DNA of 64,000 bases from an uncultured Gemmataceae bacterium (GTDB lineage: Bacteria > Planctomycetota > Planctomycetia > Gemmatales > Gemmataceae), in the NCBI GenBank assembly GCA_963750165.1, contig CAVVPN010000011.1:1824001-1888000 (forward strand). Direction: 5' to 3'. How positions within the stretch are numbered: position 1 is the first letter of the stretch; every line of letters starts with the position of its first letter. A program made the position numbers and the translations under genes. This document shows positions 51,823 through 62,405 of this stretch, in pieces. Below the pieces are notes generated by a model, which made no database searches, was not told the origin of the DNA, and saw nothing but the letters and a program-made list of their open reading frames with translations.

Positions 51823-52902
51823 ATGGCGCGGGTGGTACTGGCGATGAGCGGCGGCGTGGACAGTTCCGTGGCCGCGGTCCTGCTGAAGCGGCAGGGCCAC
51901 GAGGTCATCGGCCTGTTCATGCGCACGGGAGTCCACGCGCCGGCAGACACGGGGCCGGCGCACAAGAAGGGCTGCTGCAGCGCCCTGGACGCCGGCGACG
52001 CCCGCCGCGTCGCCGACCGCCTCGACCTGCCGTTTTACGCGCTGGACTTCGAGCAGGATTTCCAGCGCATCATGGACTACTTCGTCGATGAGTACACCAT
52101 CGGGCGGACGCCGAACCCGTGCGTCGTCTGCAACAACTGGCTGAAGTTCGGCAAACTCTGGTCCTACGGCAAGCAGCTCCAGGCCGACTTTGTCGCCACG
52201 GGGCACTACGCCCAGGTGCTGCGCGACGGTGACGGGTACGCGCTGCACCGCGGCGCCGACCCGGCGAAGGACCAGTCCTATGTGCTGTTCGGACTGCGGC
52301 GGAGCCTGCTGCCGCACTTGCTGTTTCCGATCGGCGGCTATCGCAAGGACGACGTGCGGGCGCTGGCGCGGGAAGCGGGCCTCGGTGTCGCGGACAAGCC
52401 GGACAGCGTCGAAATCTGCTTCGTGCCGGACAACGATCACGCCAGTTTCATTCGCGCCCGCCGCCCGGACCTGAACCGCGCCGGCGCCATCGTGGACACG
52501 GCCGGTAACGTGCTGGCGGAGCACGACGGCATCGAACGCTTCACGGTCGGCCAGCGCAAGGGCCTCGGCTTTGCGGCCGGCGCTCCCCGCTACGTGCTGG
52601 AGATCGTGGCGGAGCGCAACGAGGTCGTCGTCGGCGAACGTGACGAGTTGCTGGCGTCCGGCCTGGTGGCGTCGCGCGTCAACTGGCTGATTGACGCACC
52701 ACAGACGGAACCGCTGACGTGTCAGGCCAAAATCCGCTACCGGGCCACGGCGGCGCCGGCGACGGTGACGGCGACGGCGGACGGTGGGGCGCGGGTGACG
52801 TTCGCAGCGCCGCAGAGCGCCGTGACGCCGGGGCAGGCGGTCGTGTTCTACGACGGCGACCGCGTGCTCGGCGGCGGTTGGATCGAGCAGGCGGTCGATT
52901 GA
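51823..52902 (+). CDS. mnmA: tRNA 2-thiouridine(34) synthase
   Basis: AMSGGVDSSV, TPNPC, ATGHYA, KDQSY, GQRKG, PGQAVVFY. Confidence 0.98.
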   Translation: MARVVLAMSGGVDSSVAAVLLKRQGHEVIGLFMRTGVHAPADTGPAHKKGCCSALDAGDARRVADRLDLPFYALDFEQDFQRIMDYFVDEYTIGRTPNPCVVCNNWLKFGKLWSYGKQLQADFVATGHYAQVLRDGDGYALHRGADPAKDQSYVLFGLRRSLLPHLLFPIGGYRKDDVRALAREAGLGVADKPDSVEICFVPDNDHASFIRARRPDLNRAGAIVDTAGNVLAEHDGIERFTVGQRKGLGFAAGAPRYVLEIVAERNEVVVGERDELLASGLVASRVNWLIDAPQTEPLTCQAKIRYRATAAPATVTATADGGARVTFAAPQSAVTPGQAVVFYDGDRVLGGGWIEQAVD

Positions 52903-52926
52903 ATCAACCAGAAGGCGGGCGCGGCG

Positions 52927-53355
52927 ATGGACATTCTCAACGACGTGTTCGGCCGCCTGACATGGGACGACCATGCCGGCTGCTGGTTCGGCGAAATCGC
53001 CTGGCCGCCGGGCCTGCACACGGAGGTGGTGTTGTGTCAGCCGGACGCCGACGTGGCCGCGGGGTTGCGCACGGCCCGCGCCAGCCTGGACTGGCTGCAA
53101 GGCCACGACGAGGACGCCCTGCGCTGCGTGGCGGAACAATTGACGCACGTTTACAACACCGCCTGGCGCGAGGAGGCGGTGCCGATCACGCAGGACGAGT
53201 TCATCGGCCGGCTCACACCAGTGCGGATCGTATTCGGCGAGGACGGGGCGCTGCTCGTCACCTACGACGGCGGCGAGGAGATGTTCGACGGCCAGTACAT
53301 TGACGCGGAGTTCGGCTCCGACGGCGCCTTCCGCGGCGCCAAACTCGTGGATTGA
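52927..53355 (+). CDS. DUF2262-like protein
   Basis: YNTAWREE..ITQDEFIGRL...YD..EMFDG. Confidence 0.7.
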   Translation: MDILNDVFGRLTWDDHAGCWFGEIAWPPGLHTEVVLCQPDADVAAGLRTARASLDWLQGHDEDALRCVAEQLTHVYNTAWREEAVPITQDEFIGRLTPVRIVFGEDGALLVTYDGGEEMFDGQYIDAEFGSDGAFRGAKLVD

Positions 53356-53438
53356 GTTTGGGCGAGCGGCGCGGCGTCAGCCCGCCGTATCAGAGACGGC
53401 ACGGCGGGCTGACGCCGCGCCGCTCGCCCAAACTCAAT
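53351..53438. repeat. Palindrome with 38-bp perfect arms spanning both stop codons of convergent genes
   Basis: attgagtttgggcgagcggcgcggcgtcagcccgccgt (53351-53388) / reverse complement (53401-53438); partial copy at 50101-50120. Confidence 0.9.
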
Positions 53439-54234
53439 ACTTCGCCATCTCGGCGCGCGGCTTCTGGACGCCGACCAGCTTCTGCGTGATCTCCGCGACG
53501 CCATTGAGCATCATCTTCAACTCACTGCCGATGGCGATGAACTGCCAGCCCTCCGCGATGCGGAAGTTGGCCTCGTCGGCGTTCGCGACGTGGATTCCCG
53601 CCGGCACCTTGTGCTTCTTGCACGTCTCCAGAATGTGCTTCAGCGCCTGCGTGGTCGCCTCACCGCTCGGGCCCTTGCCGTCCTTGCTGCGCATGCTCGC
53701 GGCCAGATCATTCGGGCCGACGAAAATCGCGTCGATGCCCGGCACCGAGAAAATTTTGTCCGCGTCCTCGACCGCCTGGATGTGCTCGCACTGGAGCACG
53801 ACCAGCAGTTCCTCGTTGGCGCGGGCGTAATACTCGTTGGCGGTGGCCTGGAAGTTCAGCGCGTGAGCGCTGCCGCCGACGCTGCGGGTGCCGTGCGGCG
53901 GATACAGCATCGCGGACACCGCCGCCTCGGCCTCGGCCCGACTGTTTACCATCGGCACCACGACGCCGTGAGCGCCGTTGTCGAGCACACGCTTGATGTG
54001 GTCGTGACGGTTGCTCGGCACCCGGGCCAGGGCGACGCAGCCGGCGTCCGCGATGGACGCGAACATGTGCGTCGCCGTCTCCCAGTCCACCAGGCTGTGC
54101 TCGATGTCCACCGTCAGCCAGGCGAAGCCCGCCCGGGCCATGAACCGCGTCGCCGTGATGCTGCCCAGCGACAGCCAGGTGCCGACCGCGGGGTGTCCGT
54201 CCTTCAGTGCTCGTTTGACCGGGTTGGGTCGCAT
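53434..54234 (-). CDS. HpcH/HpaI aldolase family protein
   Basis: VDIEHS, RVLDNGAHGVVVPMV, QCE, FVGPNDL. Confidence 0.92.
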   Translation of the reverse strand: MRPNPVKRALKDGHPAVGTWLSLGSITATRFMARAGFAWLTVDIEHSLVDWETATHMFASIADAGCVALARVPSNRHDHIKRVLDNGAHGVVVPMVNSRAEAEAAVSAMLYPPHGTRSVGGSAHALNFQATANEYYARANEELLVVLQCEHIQAVEDADKIFSVPGIDAIFVGPNDLAASMRSKDGKGPSGEATTQALKHILETCKKHKVPAGIHVANADEANFRIAEGWQFIAIGSELKMMLNGVAEITQKLVGVQKPRAEMAKY

Positions 54235-54268
54235 CTTTTATCCTTGGTCATTAGTCATCAGCCATTAG

Positions 54269-54463
54269 TCAATCGTCACGGTATCGGGGCGGCCGCGGCG
54301 GTGGTTTGCACGGGCCCTTGCCCGGGCTGACTGGGAGGTGGTGCCGCGATTGAGCGTTGTCGGCCTGAAGGTCCAGGTCGTCATCGTCGTGGTAGTGCGG
54401 GTCTTCGTTTTCCACGGGCGGCCGCGCCCGCGACTCGGTGGGGTTGGGGGGAGATTCATTCAT
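54269..54463 (-). CDS. Small hypothetical protein
   Basis: EDPHYHDDDD...PPRPPRYRDD; GAGG RBS. Confidence 0.45.
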   Translation of the reverse strand: MNESPPNPTESRARPPVENEDPHYHDDDDLDLQADNAQSRHHLPVSPGKGPCKPPPRPPRYRDD

Positions 54464-54588
54464 GTGTACGCCTCGACGGGATACCTTGTTCTCCACAACG
54501 TGGGGGATGCACCTCGGGCTTGGTGGTATTATAACTACGCAGGGCTTCTGGTTCACCGACGAATTTTCGACTTTCCGCGGGGAGCGCG

Positions 54589-55578
<990 letters not shown>

Positions 55579-55579
55579 G

Positions 55580-55754
55580 CAGAAGTCAGAGGTCAGCGCT
55601 GTCGTTCTGCCGCTTGCGGCTTAGGAGGCGCCGAACAACAACTTCGTAGGACGGCTCTCCAGAGCCGTCCCGACGGCTCTGGAGAGCCGTCCTACTCTTG
55701 GAAGTTGTTGTTCGGCGCCTCCTTAGCGCTGACTTCTGACCTCTGACCTCTGAC
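55580..55754. repeat. Nested palindromic repeat cluster
   Basis: GTAG REPIN 55646-55695 inside 23-bp IRs 55623-55645/55701-55723, inside TCAGAGG-type heptamer arms. Confidence 0.85.
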
Positions 55755-55837
55755 CACCTGGCATTGTCCGCCGCGGCGCCGTTGGGTATCCTGACAATGC
55801 GCCCATTCCATCCCCTCACGGTTTCAAAACACCATCT

Positions 55838-56932
55838 ATGTGCCAGGTGCTTTTTTCGATTCCTCTCAACGCCATCAACGATGCCTGGCCCGCGATCCCC
55901 ATCTACGGCTACGGCTTCATGCTGTTCCTGGCGTTCGTGCTGTGTACCGTCCTGGCAGCGCGGCTGGCGGCGCGCGAGGGGGTGCCGCGCGAGGCCATCC
56001 AGGATCTGGCGATCTGGCTGTTCATCGCCGGTATCATCGGTGCGCGCATCACCTTCATGATCCAGTACCGCGACCAGATCAGCGGCAACTGGCTACTGGC
56101 CTTCTTCCGCATCTGGGAGGGCGGCCTGGTCTTCTACGGCTCGGCCATCGGCGGCGTGGTCGGCTACTTCCTGGCGTATCGCTTCGTGCTGAGCAAGTAC
56201 AAGATTTCGCACTGGAAGATGGCGGACATCATCGCGCCGTGCGTGGCCCTGGGCCTGTGCCTGGGCCGCGTCGGCTGCCTGCTCAACGGCTGCTGTTACG
56301 GCAACGTCGCCTGCCCGGACTGCCCACAGGTCGCCTATCCGCTGTCCAGCCAGCTTCGCTTCGTCATGGTCACCAAGGGCTATCAGACCGTGGCCGGCTT
56401 CACGTTCGCCGAGGAGAGCGCGCGCAAGGTCGAGGTCGGCGCCGTCGAGCCGGATTCGCCAGCGGCCCAGGCGGGTCTGCAGCCCGGCGACATCATCGTC
56501 AAGGTTGGCGACCGGGAAGTCTTCCAGCAGGGTGACGTGGCTCACTGGCTCACCCCCCGCGAATGGCCGAAGAGCAAAAACGACCTGCAGTTGACCGTGC
56601 GCCGCGGCCACGAGGAAAAGGTGCTGCCGGCCTTCGCGCCCTGGACCATCGGCCTGCACCCGACGCAGATTTACGAGTCGATCAGCATGGCCCTGGTGCT
56701 GTGGCTGCTACTGGCGTTCTATCCCTACCGCCGCCGGGACGGCGAGGTCATGGTGCTGTTCATGTTCTGCTACGCCCTGCACCGCTTCCTGGACGAGATT
56801 CTGCGCATCGACACCGATCCAGTGTTCCTCAACATGACGCTGTCGCAGAACGGCAGCATCCTGGTGCTCATCGCGGCGGTGGTGCTGCTGCTGATTCTGT
56901 GGCGGCGGCCGGTGCAGTACCGCCCGGTGTGA
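55838..56932 (+). CDS. lgt: Prolipoprotein diacylglyceryl transferase with inserted PDZ domain
   Basis: IYGYG, GARI, WEGGLVFYG, GRVGCLLNGCCYG, HPTQIYE; PDZ segment VEPDSPAAQAGLQPGDIIVKV. Confidence 0.93.
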   Translation: MCQVLFSIPLNAINDAWPAIPIYGYGFMLFLAFVLCTVLAARLAAREGVPREAIQDLAIWLFIAGIIGARITFMIQYRDQISGNWLLAFFRIWEGGLVFYGSAIGGVVGYFLAYRFVLSKYKISHWKMADIIAPCVALGLCLGRVGCLLNGCCYGNVACPDCPQVAYPLSSQLRFVMVTKGYQTVAGFTFAEESARKVEVGAVEPDSPAAQAGLQPGDIIVKVGDREVFQQGDVAHWLTPREWPKSKNDLQLTVRRGHEEKVLPAFAPWTIGLHPTQIYESISMALVLWLLLAFYPYRRRDGEVMVLFMFCYALHRFLDEILRIDTDPVFLNMTLSQNGSILVLIAAVVLLLILWRRPVQYRPV

Positions 56933-57338
56933 GCCCCGCAACGCCGGCGCACCACCATCGCCAGGCGGCGAGCAGTCCCAGGGCGATGCCGATCTGGTCA
57001 ATCACCACGTCGCTGAGCAGGCCGCTGCGGTACACCAGTTGTTCCTGGATCAGTTCGGTCGCGGTGGCGTGCGCCATCAGCAGGAAGAGCAGCCACAGAC
57101 GCCGCGGGGGAGCCAGCTGCAGCCAGCCGGTCAGGACGGTCAGCAGGGCGTACGCGGAAACGTGAACCGCCTTGGACACCAGGAAACGCAGGCTGATGTC
57201 GCCAAAACCGACGTTGTTCAGCCCGGGCGTTTCCGGCACCGGCGCGATCAGGGCCGTCGTCCAGGCAACCACGTACAGGCCCCAGATACACCAGCGCCAG
57301 GGGGGCGGCAGGTCGATCACTCGGCCGAACCAGTGCAT
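56868..57338 (-). CDS. VanZ-family membrane protein
   Basis: KAVHVSAYALL...TELIQ..RSGLLSDV..D at the C-terminal end of ORF 56868..58751. Confidence 0.8.
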   Translation of the reverse strand: MHWFGRVIDLPPPWRWCIWGLYVVAWTTALIAPVPETPGLNNVGFGDISLRFLVSKAVHVSAYALLTVLTGWLQLAPPRRLWLLFLLMAHATATELIQEQLVYRSGLLSDVVIDQIGIALGLLAAWRWWCAGVAGLTPGGTAPAAATESAAAPPPR

Positions 57339-57445
57339 CAAACTCGCGCTCCCCGCTAAGCCGCAAGCGGCAGAACCCCGACGCGGACGGCGCCACCGCT
57401 TTCGCTCCGGCGCTTGCGGCTCAGCGCTCCGCCTCGCACCGGCCC

Positions 57446-59422
57446 TCACGTCGCCGCCGCCAACTCCGCGGCGGGGGCGGCCAGCACCTCGTGCAGCGTC
57501 GTCAGCAGCTGGTCGGCCGTGAACGGCTTGAGCAGCACGCCGCGCACTCCGAGTTCGGCCGCCACGTCCCGCCTCTCCGGCCGCTCGGCGCTCATGGCGA
57601 CGACCACCACCTGCGGGTCGAGTTGCTGCAGTGCCCGGATGGTCGCTGGGCCGTCCATGACCGGCATCAGCATGTCCACCAGCACCAACCGCACGGCGCC
57701 GCGCCGCGCCGCGAATAGCGCCGCCGCCTCGGCGCCGTCCTGGGCCGTCAGCACCCGGTAGCCGGACGCCTCCAGGGCGTTGCGCGTGATCTCGCGGATG
57801 GCCCCCTCGTCCTCGACCACCAAAATCAGTTCGCCGCGGCCCTCCGGCAGCGGCCGCCCCAGGGCCTCCAGGGCGCACGGCACCGCCGCCTCCACCGCCG
57901 GCAGGTACACCGCGAAGCGGCTGCCGCGCTGCAGTTCGCTGGCGACCTCGATGAAGCCGTCGTGCTTCTTGACGATGTTCGCCACCGTGGACAGGCCCAG
58001 CCCTGTCCCCTGGCCGACCTCCTTGGTCGTGAACAACGGGTCGAAGATGCGCCCCAGGTGGTCCGGGGCGATGCCGGTGCCGGTGTCCTCCACGGTCAGC
58101 ACGACGTAGCGCCCGGGCTGCGTCCCGCGCCGGGCCGCCTCGTCCGCGTCCACGGCACGGTTGCCGCCGCGGATGGTCAGAGTGCCGCCCTGCGGCATCG
58201 CGTCCCGGGCGTTGATGCACAGATTCATTAAAACCTGGTACAGCTGCGTCACGTCGGCGTTGACTGGCCACAGGTCCGGCGCTGCCGCCAACCGCACCTG
58301 GACCGTCGGGGGGAAGGTCTTCGCGATCAGGTTGACGACCTCGCCGAGGAACGGCGGCAGCAGCAGTTCGCGGCGCTGCTCGTCGGAGCCGCGCACGAAC
58401 GTCAGGATTTGCTTGACCAGTTCGGTGCCGCACTGGGCGCTGAGCCGCATCGTTTCCAGCATGGCCTGGGCCGTGGGGTCGGGCACGGTGCGGCGCAGCA
58501 GACCGACGCCCATGAGGATCGGCGTCATCATGTTGTTGAGGTCGTGGGCGACGCCGCCGGCCAGGGCGCCGACGCTCTCCATGCGCTGGGCGCGCTGCAG
58601 CTGCTTCTCCAGTGACTTTTCCGCGGTCACGTCGCTGTTGATGGCGAACAGCGCCCGTGGCCGGCCCTCGTCGTCGGCCACCAGGGTAACGCGACTCTGC
58701 ACGATCAGTTCCCGGCCGTCGCGGTGGTAGTGCCGCAGTTCGCCGTGCCATTCCTTCTTCTGGACCAGCTCACGCCGCGGCAGCAATCCCTCTTCGCGGC
58801 CGCGCGCAGCAGCTCGTCGGCCGACTGGTCCAGCGCCTCGTCGGCGGCCCAGCCGTAGAGCCGCTCGGCTCCCTGGTTCCAGTAGAGAATGCGGTCGTTC
58901 AGGTCGCGGACGATCATGGCGTCGCTGGCCAGGTCCATCAGGCTGGCCTGCTCGCGCAGCGTCGCGCGTGCGCTCGCGCACGATCCGCTCCAGGGCCTGG
59001 TTCTGCGCTTGCAACTGCAGGTACAGGAAGCGCGTCTCCAGCAGGTTGTGGATGCGCAACAGCACTTCCAGGTTGTCGAGCGGTTTGCTGAGGAAATCGC
59101 AGGCGCCGGCAGCCAGGGCGCGGCGTTTCGACTCGGGGTTGATGTCCGCGGTCAGGATAACGATGGGCAGGTAAGTGCCGGGCGCCAGCAGCGGTTGCAG
59201 TTGCTCCATGACCTCAATGCCGTCGAGGTAGGGCATCATCAGGTCGAGCAGAATCAGGTCCGGCTGGAAGTCGCGGAACTGGACGGCGACGGTGCGCGGG
59301 TCGGTGACGCTGCGAAAGTTGGCGTAGCCGCCCTGCTTCAGGACGCGCTCCAGCAGGCGGATGTTGAACTCCTGATCGTCCACGATCAACACGCGCGCGT
59401 GCGAATAGGCGGTGGTGTTCAT
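57446..59422 (-). CDS. Hybrid sensor histidine kinase (REC-PAS-HisKA-HATPase-REC); compensating frameshifts near 58965 and 58803
   Basis: VDDQ...DLMMP; PAS segment in ORF 58705..58938; AHDLNN, NLCINARDAM, DTGTG, FTTK, GTGLGL. Confidence 0.92.
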   Translation of the reverse strand: MNTTAYSHARVLIVDDQEFNIRLLERVLKQGGYANFRSVTDPRTVAVQFRDFQPDLILLDLMMPYLDGIEVMEQLQPLLAPGTYLPIVILTADINPESKRRALAAGACDFLSKPLDNLEVLLRIHNLLETRFLYLQLQAQNQALERIVRERTRDAARAGQPDGPGQRRHDRPRPERPHSLLEPGSRAALRLGRRRGAGPVGRRAAARGREEGLLPRRELVQKKEWHGELRHYHRDGRELIVQSRVTLVADDEGRPRALFAINSDVTAEKSLEKQLQRAQRMESVGALAGGVAHDLNNMMTPILMGVGLLRRTVPDPTAQAMLETMRLSAQCGTELVKQILTFVRGSDEQRRELLLPPFLGEVVNLIAKTFPPTVQVRLAAAPDLWPVNADVTQLYQVLMNLCINARDAMPQGGTLTIRGGNRAVDADEAARRGTQPGRYVVLTVEDTGTGIAPDHLGRIFDPLFTTKEVGQGTGLGLSTVANIVKKHDGFIEVASELQRGSRFAVYLPAVEAAVPCALEALGRPLPEGRGELILVVEDEGAIREITRNALEASGYRVLTAQDGAEAAALFAARRGAVRLVLVDMLMPVMDGPATIRALQQLDPQVVVVAMSAERPERRDVAAELGVRGVLLKPFTADQLLTTLHEVLAAPAAELAAAT

Positions 59423-59886
59423 GCAATACGTCCTCGTCCCGGGGCGCCGACCGCGCGAACCCCAACCGGGGCGCACTCCGGTCAGGGTTCGTCGGGCAGC
59501 TTTTGTGATAATACCTAATCGGCGCAGGAAATCGAAGCCCGCGCGCAAAAAACCACCCGGGTCTCTAGGGAATCCGCAGAGGAAGGCCGGTATCTGGCCG
59601 CCCGGCACCGGCCGGAGGAGGCGCCAGCGGGTGTTCAGGGTCGTTCGCTGCTGGCTTTGCGTCAGGTTGTAGATGGGGAATGAGCGCGTCCCCTGGGGCA
59701 GTCAGGGGGGTCTGTGAGATGAAACGAGACGAAAGCCCTCCCTGGCACCTATTGATATTGTACCGCCCAGCCTGCTCCCAGGGAAGCGCGCCGCCTGCTG
59801 ACCTCCTCGCCGAGTGCGAGAACCTACCAACCTTGTATCCGCGGTTCGTTTCGGCGAAAAGTATCTCCACGCGAGGCGTAATAATC

Positions 59887-59915
59887 TTGACAGGGTGAAC
59901 CCCACCCAGGATGCG
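59887..59915 (+). promoter_or_regulatory. Possible promoter -35 box followed directly by a short palindrome
   Basis: TTGACA (59887-59892), then GGGTG-aaccc-CACCC; no clear -10 box. Confidence 0.3.
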
Positions 59916-59969
59916 AGGGTCTTACCGATGACACAGCAGACACCACCCCTCACGGAAGAAGCGAGCCTC

Positions 59970-61064
59970 ATGCAGCCCTTCACTCAGCGTGTGGAACCGC
60001 GACCGTATCAGCAGCGCATCGTCGAGAAGACGGTGGCGTACCTGAGCGGTGGCGACCAGTCGGTGCTGATCGAGAGCCCGACCGGCTCCGGCAAGAGCGT
60101 GATGGGTCTGCTCATCGGCAAGCAGATGCAGGAGCGGCACGGCTATCGTGTCGGCTGGGTCGCCAACCGCCGTTACCTCCTCGCCCAGGCCGCCGCCGAG
60201 AACGTCAACAAAAACATCGGCATCGACAACCTGCGGCTGATTTCGATGTTTGACAAGCAGCCGCCCGCGGACGTGGACCTGCTCATCGTGGACGAGTGCC
60301 AGCACGACGCCGCCGACAGCATGGCCCACATCCACAGCGTCGTGAAGCCGAAGCGAATCCTTGGTTTGACCGCGACGCCGTTCCGCACCGACCGCGTGAA
60401 GCTGTGCTTCCAGAAGGTCATCAAGGACGCCGGCATTCACCAGCTAATTCAGGACGGCTACCTGAGCCAGTACCACCACTACACGATGCCGAGCTTCACG
60501 CCGCTGGACGTGGCCGAGTTCTACGCCCGTGAGCCGGAGAAGTGGGGCAAGACGCTGTTGTTCTTCCACACACTCCAGCAATGCGCCGAGGCGAAGGCGG
60601 AGTTGAAGCGGCGCGGCATCGTCAGCGATGTGGTGACCGGCAGCAGCAACCGCGAGGAGCAGCTGGAGGCGTTCATCACAGGCAAAATCAATCTGCTCAT
60701 CAACTGCATGGTCCTCACAGAAGGCTTCGACTGCCCGGACCTGCAAACGGTGTTCATCCGGCCGAGCTGCAAGGGACCGACGATCCAGATGGGCGGCCGG
60801 GCGTTCCGCAAACACCCGCGCTATCCCATCAAGCAGATCGTGCAGTGCAAGAACTCCGCCTGGCCAATGACACGCACCGCCCAGCCGCTGGAACAGTATC
60901 TGTGGATGGGCGGCGAATGGCGGACGCTGAAGGTCAACCCGCACCTGAACGCCATCAACGCCCGCGCCCGGCTGGCCATCGCCCGCACCGAGGTGACGCT
61001 ACCGAAGCTTGTCGCCAAAAACTTGAACAAGCGCCGCCTCTTCGCGGGCCGCTCTGAGTTTTAA
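59970..61064 (+). CDS. Minimal superfamily-2 (DExH) helicase/ATPase
   Basis: RPYQ, SPTGSGKS, DECQH, GLTATP, LTEGFD, QMGGRAFR. Confidence 0.92.
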   Translation: MQPFTQRVEPRPYQQRIVEKTVAYLSGGDQSVLIESPTGSGKSVMGLLIGKQMQERHGYRVGWVANRRYLLAQAAAENVNKNIGIDNLRLISMFDKQPPADVDLLIVDECQHDAADSMAHIHSVVKPKRILGLTATPFRTDRVKLCFQKVIKDAGIHQLIQDGYLSQYHHYTMPSFTPLDVAEFYAREPEKWGKTLLFFHTLQQCAEAKAELKRRGIVSDVVTGSSNREEQLEAFITGKINLLINCMVLTEGFDCPDLQTVFIRPSCKGPTIQMGGRAFRKHPRYPIKQIVQCKNSAWPMTRTAQPLEQYLWMGGEWRTLKVNPHLNAINARARLAIARTEVTLPKLVAKNLNKRRLFAGRSEF

Positions 61065-61211
61065 GCATTAGCCACTCTCGCCCCGTTGTGGCCCGGTCAG
61101 AAGACCGGCCACAACCTGTGAGATTTGACCTTCAACCATCCATTGACCTCATTGCCATCGCCGGCCGCGTCCGGCGTGAGCGCGGCCCTGAAAGGAAAAG
61201 GAGAACCTCCG

Positions 61212-62330
61212 ATGATGAAGTTCGAGTACGGCTCGCTGGCCCTGCAAGACCTCAGCGTGGACGTGACCACCCACCCGAAGACCGGCAAGCGCGCCGTCAA
61301 GGAACTGCGGCTCAAGGGTGAGCCCGTCACGCCCAGCAAACGCTTCTGGACGAGCCTGCAAATTTACTACCGTTTCTCGGACAACATCTTCAACTACTTC
61401 GACCCCTCGGAAGTTTTCCAGCGCATCGCCGAACGCAAGCCGAACGACAAGATGCGCTACTGCGTCCAGCGCGACGGCGACGGCCACGGCACTCTGCTCG
61501 CCGTCACCGGTCTGAACAAGGCCGTCATTCACTACGACGCCCTGATGAACACTCTCAAGCAGTATGAGACAGAAAAGATCGCCTACACCAACGGTGTGCT
61601 GTCCTCGACGCACTCTCCGATGCGCGGCGGCGGTCTGTTCCAGATCAAGGGCGAAACCTTCGAGCGCCGCTTCGTCATGGACACGCCGGTGGACGGTTTC
61701 GGCCGGCCCAACATCTTTCTGTCACTGCTGCGGCAGGTCTGCACCAACGGCGCCATCGGCTACGCCAAGGCGTTTCGCACCGAGTTGCGTGTCGGCCGCG
61801 GCAACGATGATGTGCGCTACGCCATCGTGCGGGCGCTGGACAACTTCGGCAACGACGAGGGCTTCGCGGCGCTGCGGCAGCGCTTCGAGTCCGCGGCGGA
61901 CAGCTGGGCCAGCGTCGCGGAGTGCAACCGCCTGTACCGCGACCTGCTCCGTCTGCATACCTCCCGCCACATCGGCCACGGAGAAGCGACCCAACCGGCG
62001 AAGAAGGTCGGCACCGATGGCGCCGCGCTCGGCGACGTGTCCGGCTGCAAGATTATGAACCGTTTCCACGACCTGACGGGCGACCTGGTGCGGCTGTACG
62101 GCGTGGCCCAGATCGACGCGCTGTCGATCAAGCGCCAGCGAACGCTACCGGCGAAGTGCATGGTGTACGACCTGCTCAACTTCGCGACGGAGGTGGCGAC
62201 GCACCACGCCACGGACCTCGGCTCCAAGGCGCTGCAGGCGTACGTCGGCACCCTGGTCAGTCAGGAGTACGACATGGAGGGCACCGCCATTCAGTCGAAG
62301 GACTTCAACGACTTTTTCTTGAACAACTGA
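61212..62330 (+). CDS. DUF932-like protein
   Basis: LRQVCTNGA signature, C-terminal YDLLNFATEVATH; AGGAG RBS. Confidence 0.75.
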   Translation: MMKFEYGSLALQDLSVDVTTHPKTGKRAVKELRLKGEPVTPSKRFWTSLQIYYRFSDNIFNYFDPSEVFQRIAERKPNDKMRYCVQRDGDGHGTLLAVTGLNKAVIHYDALMNTLKQYETEKIAYTNGVLSSTHSPMRGGGLFQIKGETFERRFVMDTPVDGFGRPNIFLSLLRQVCTNGAIGYAKAFRTELRVGRGNDDVRYAIVRALDNFGNDEGFAALRQRFESAADSWASVAECNRLYRDLLRLHTSRHIGHGEATQPAKKVGTDGAALGDVSGCKIMNRFHDLTGDLVRLYGVAQIDALSIKRQRTLPAKCMVYDLLNFATEVATHHATDLGSKALQAYVGTLVSQEYDMEGTAIQSKDFNDFFLNN

Positions 62331-62405
62331 GGCGCCGGGCCGTACACTCAAAACACGCGCCGCGCCGGGCGCCCACCGGCGCGGCGCTGTTTTGGGAGAA
62401 CCCCT

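Noticed and set aside
55605..57375. Composite transposon carrying lgt and the VanZ gene between 20-bp IRs
   Set aside because: No transposase or target duplication is seen; the 20-mer looks like a dispersed REP and lgt is housekeeping.
58800..58970. Programmed frameshifting or phase variation in the histidine kinase
   Set aside because: There is no slippery heptamer or long repeat tract; two compensating indels in GCGC contexts fit sequencing error better.
59520..59620. Possible c-di-GMP-I riboswitch (GCGCAAA...CGGGTCT)
   Set aside because: The GGCAAA/GAAA tetraloop stem and P1 pairing are not convincingly present.
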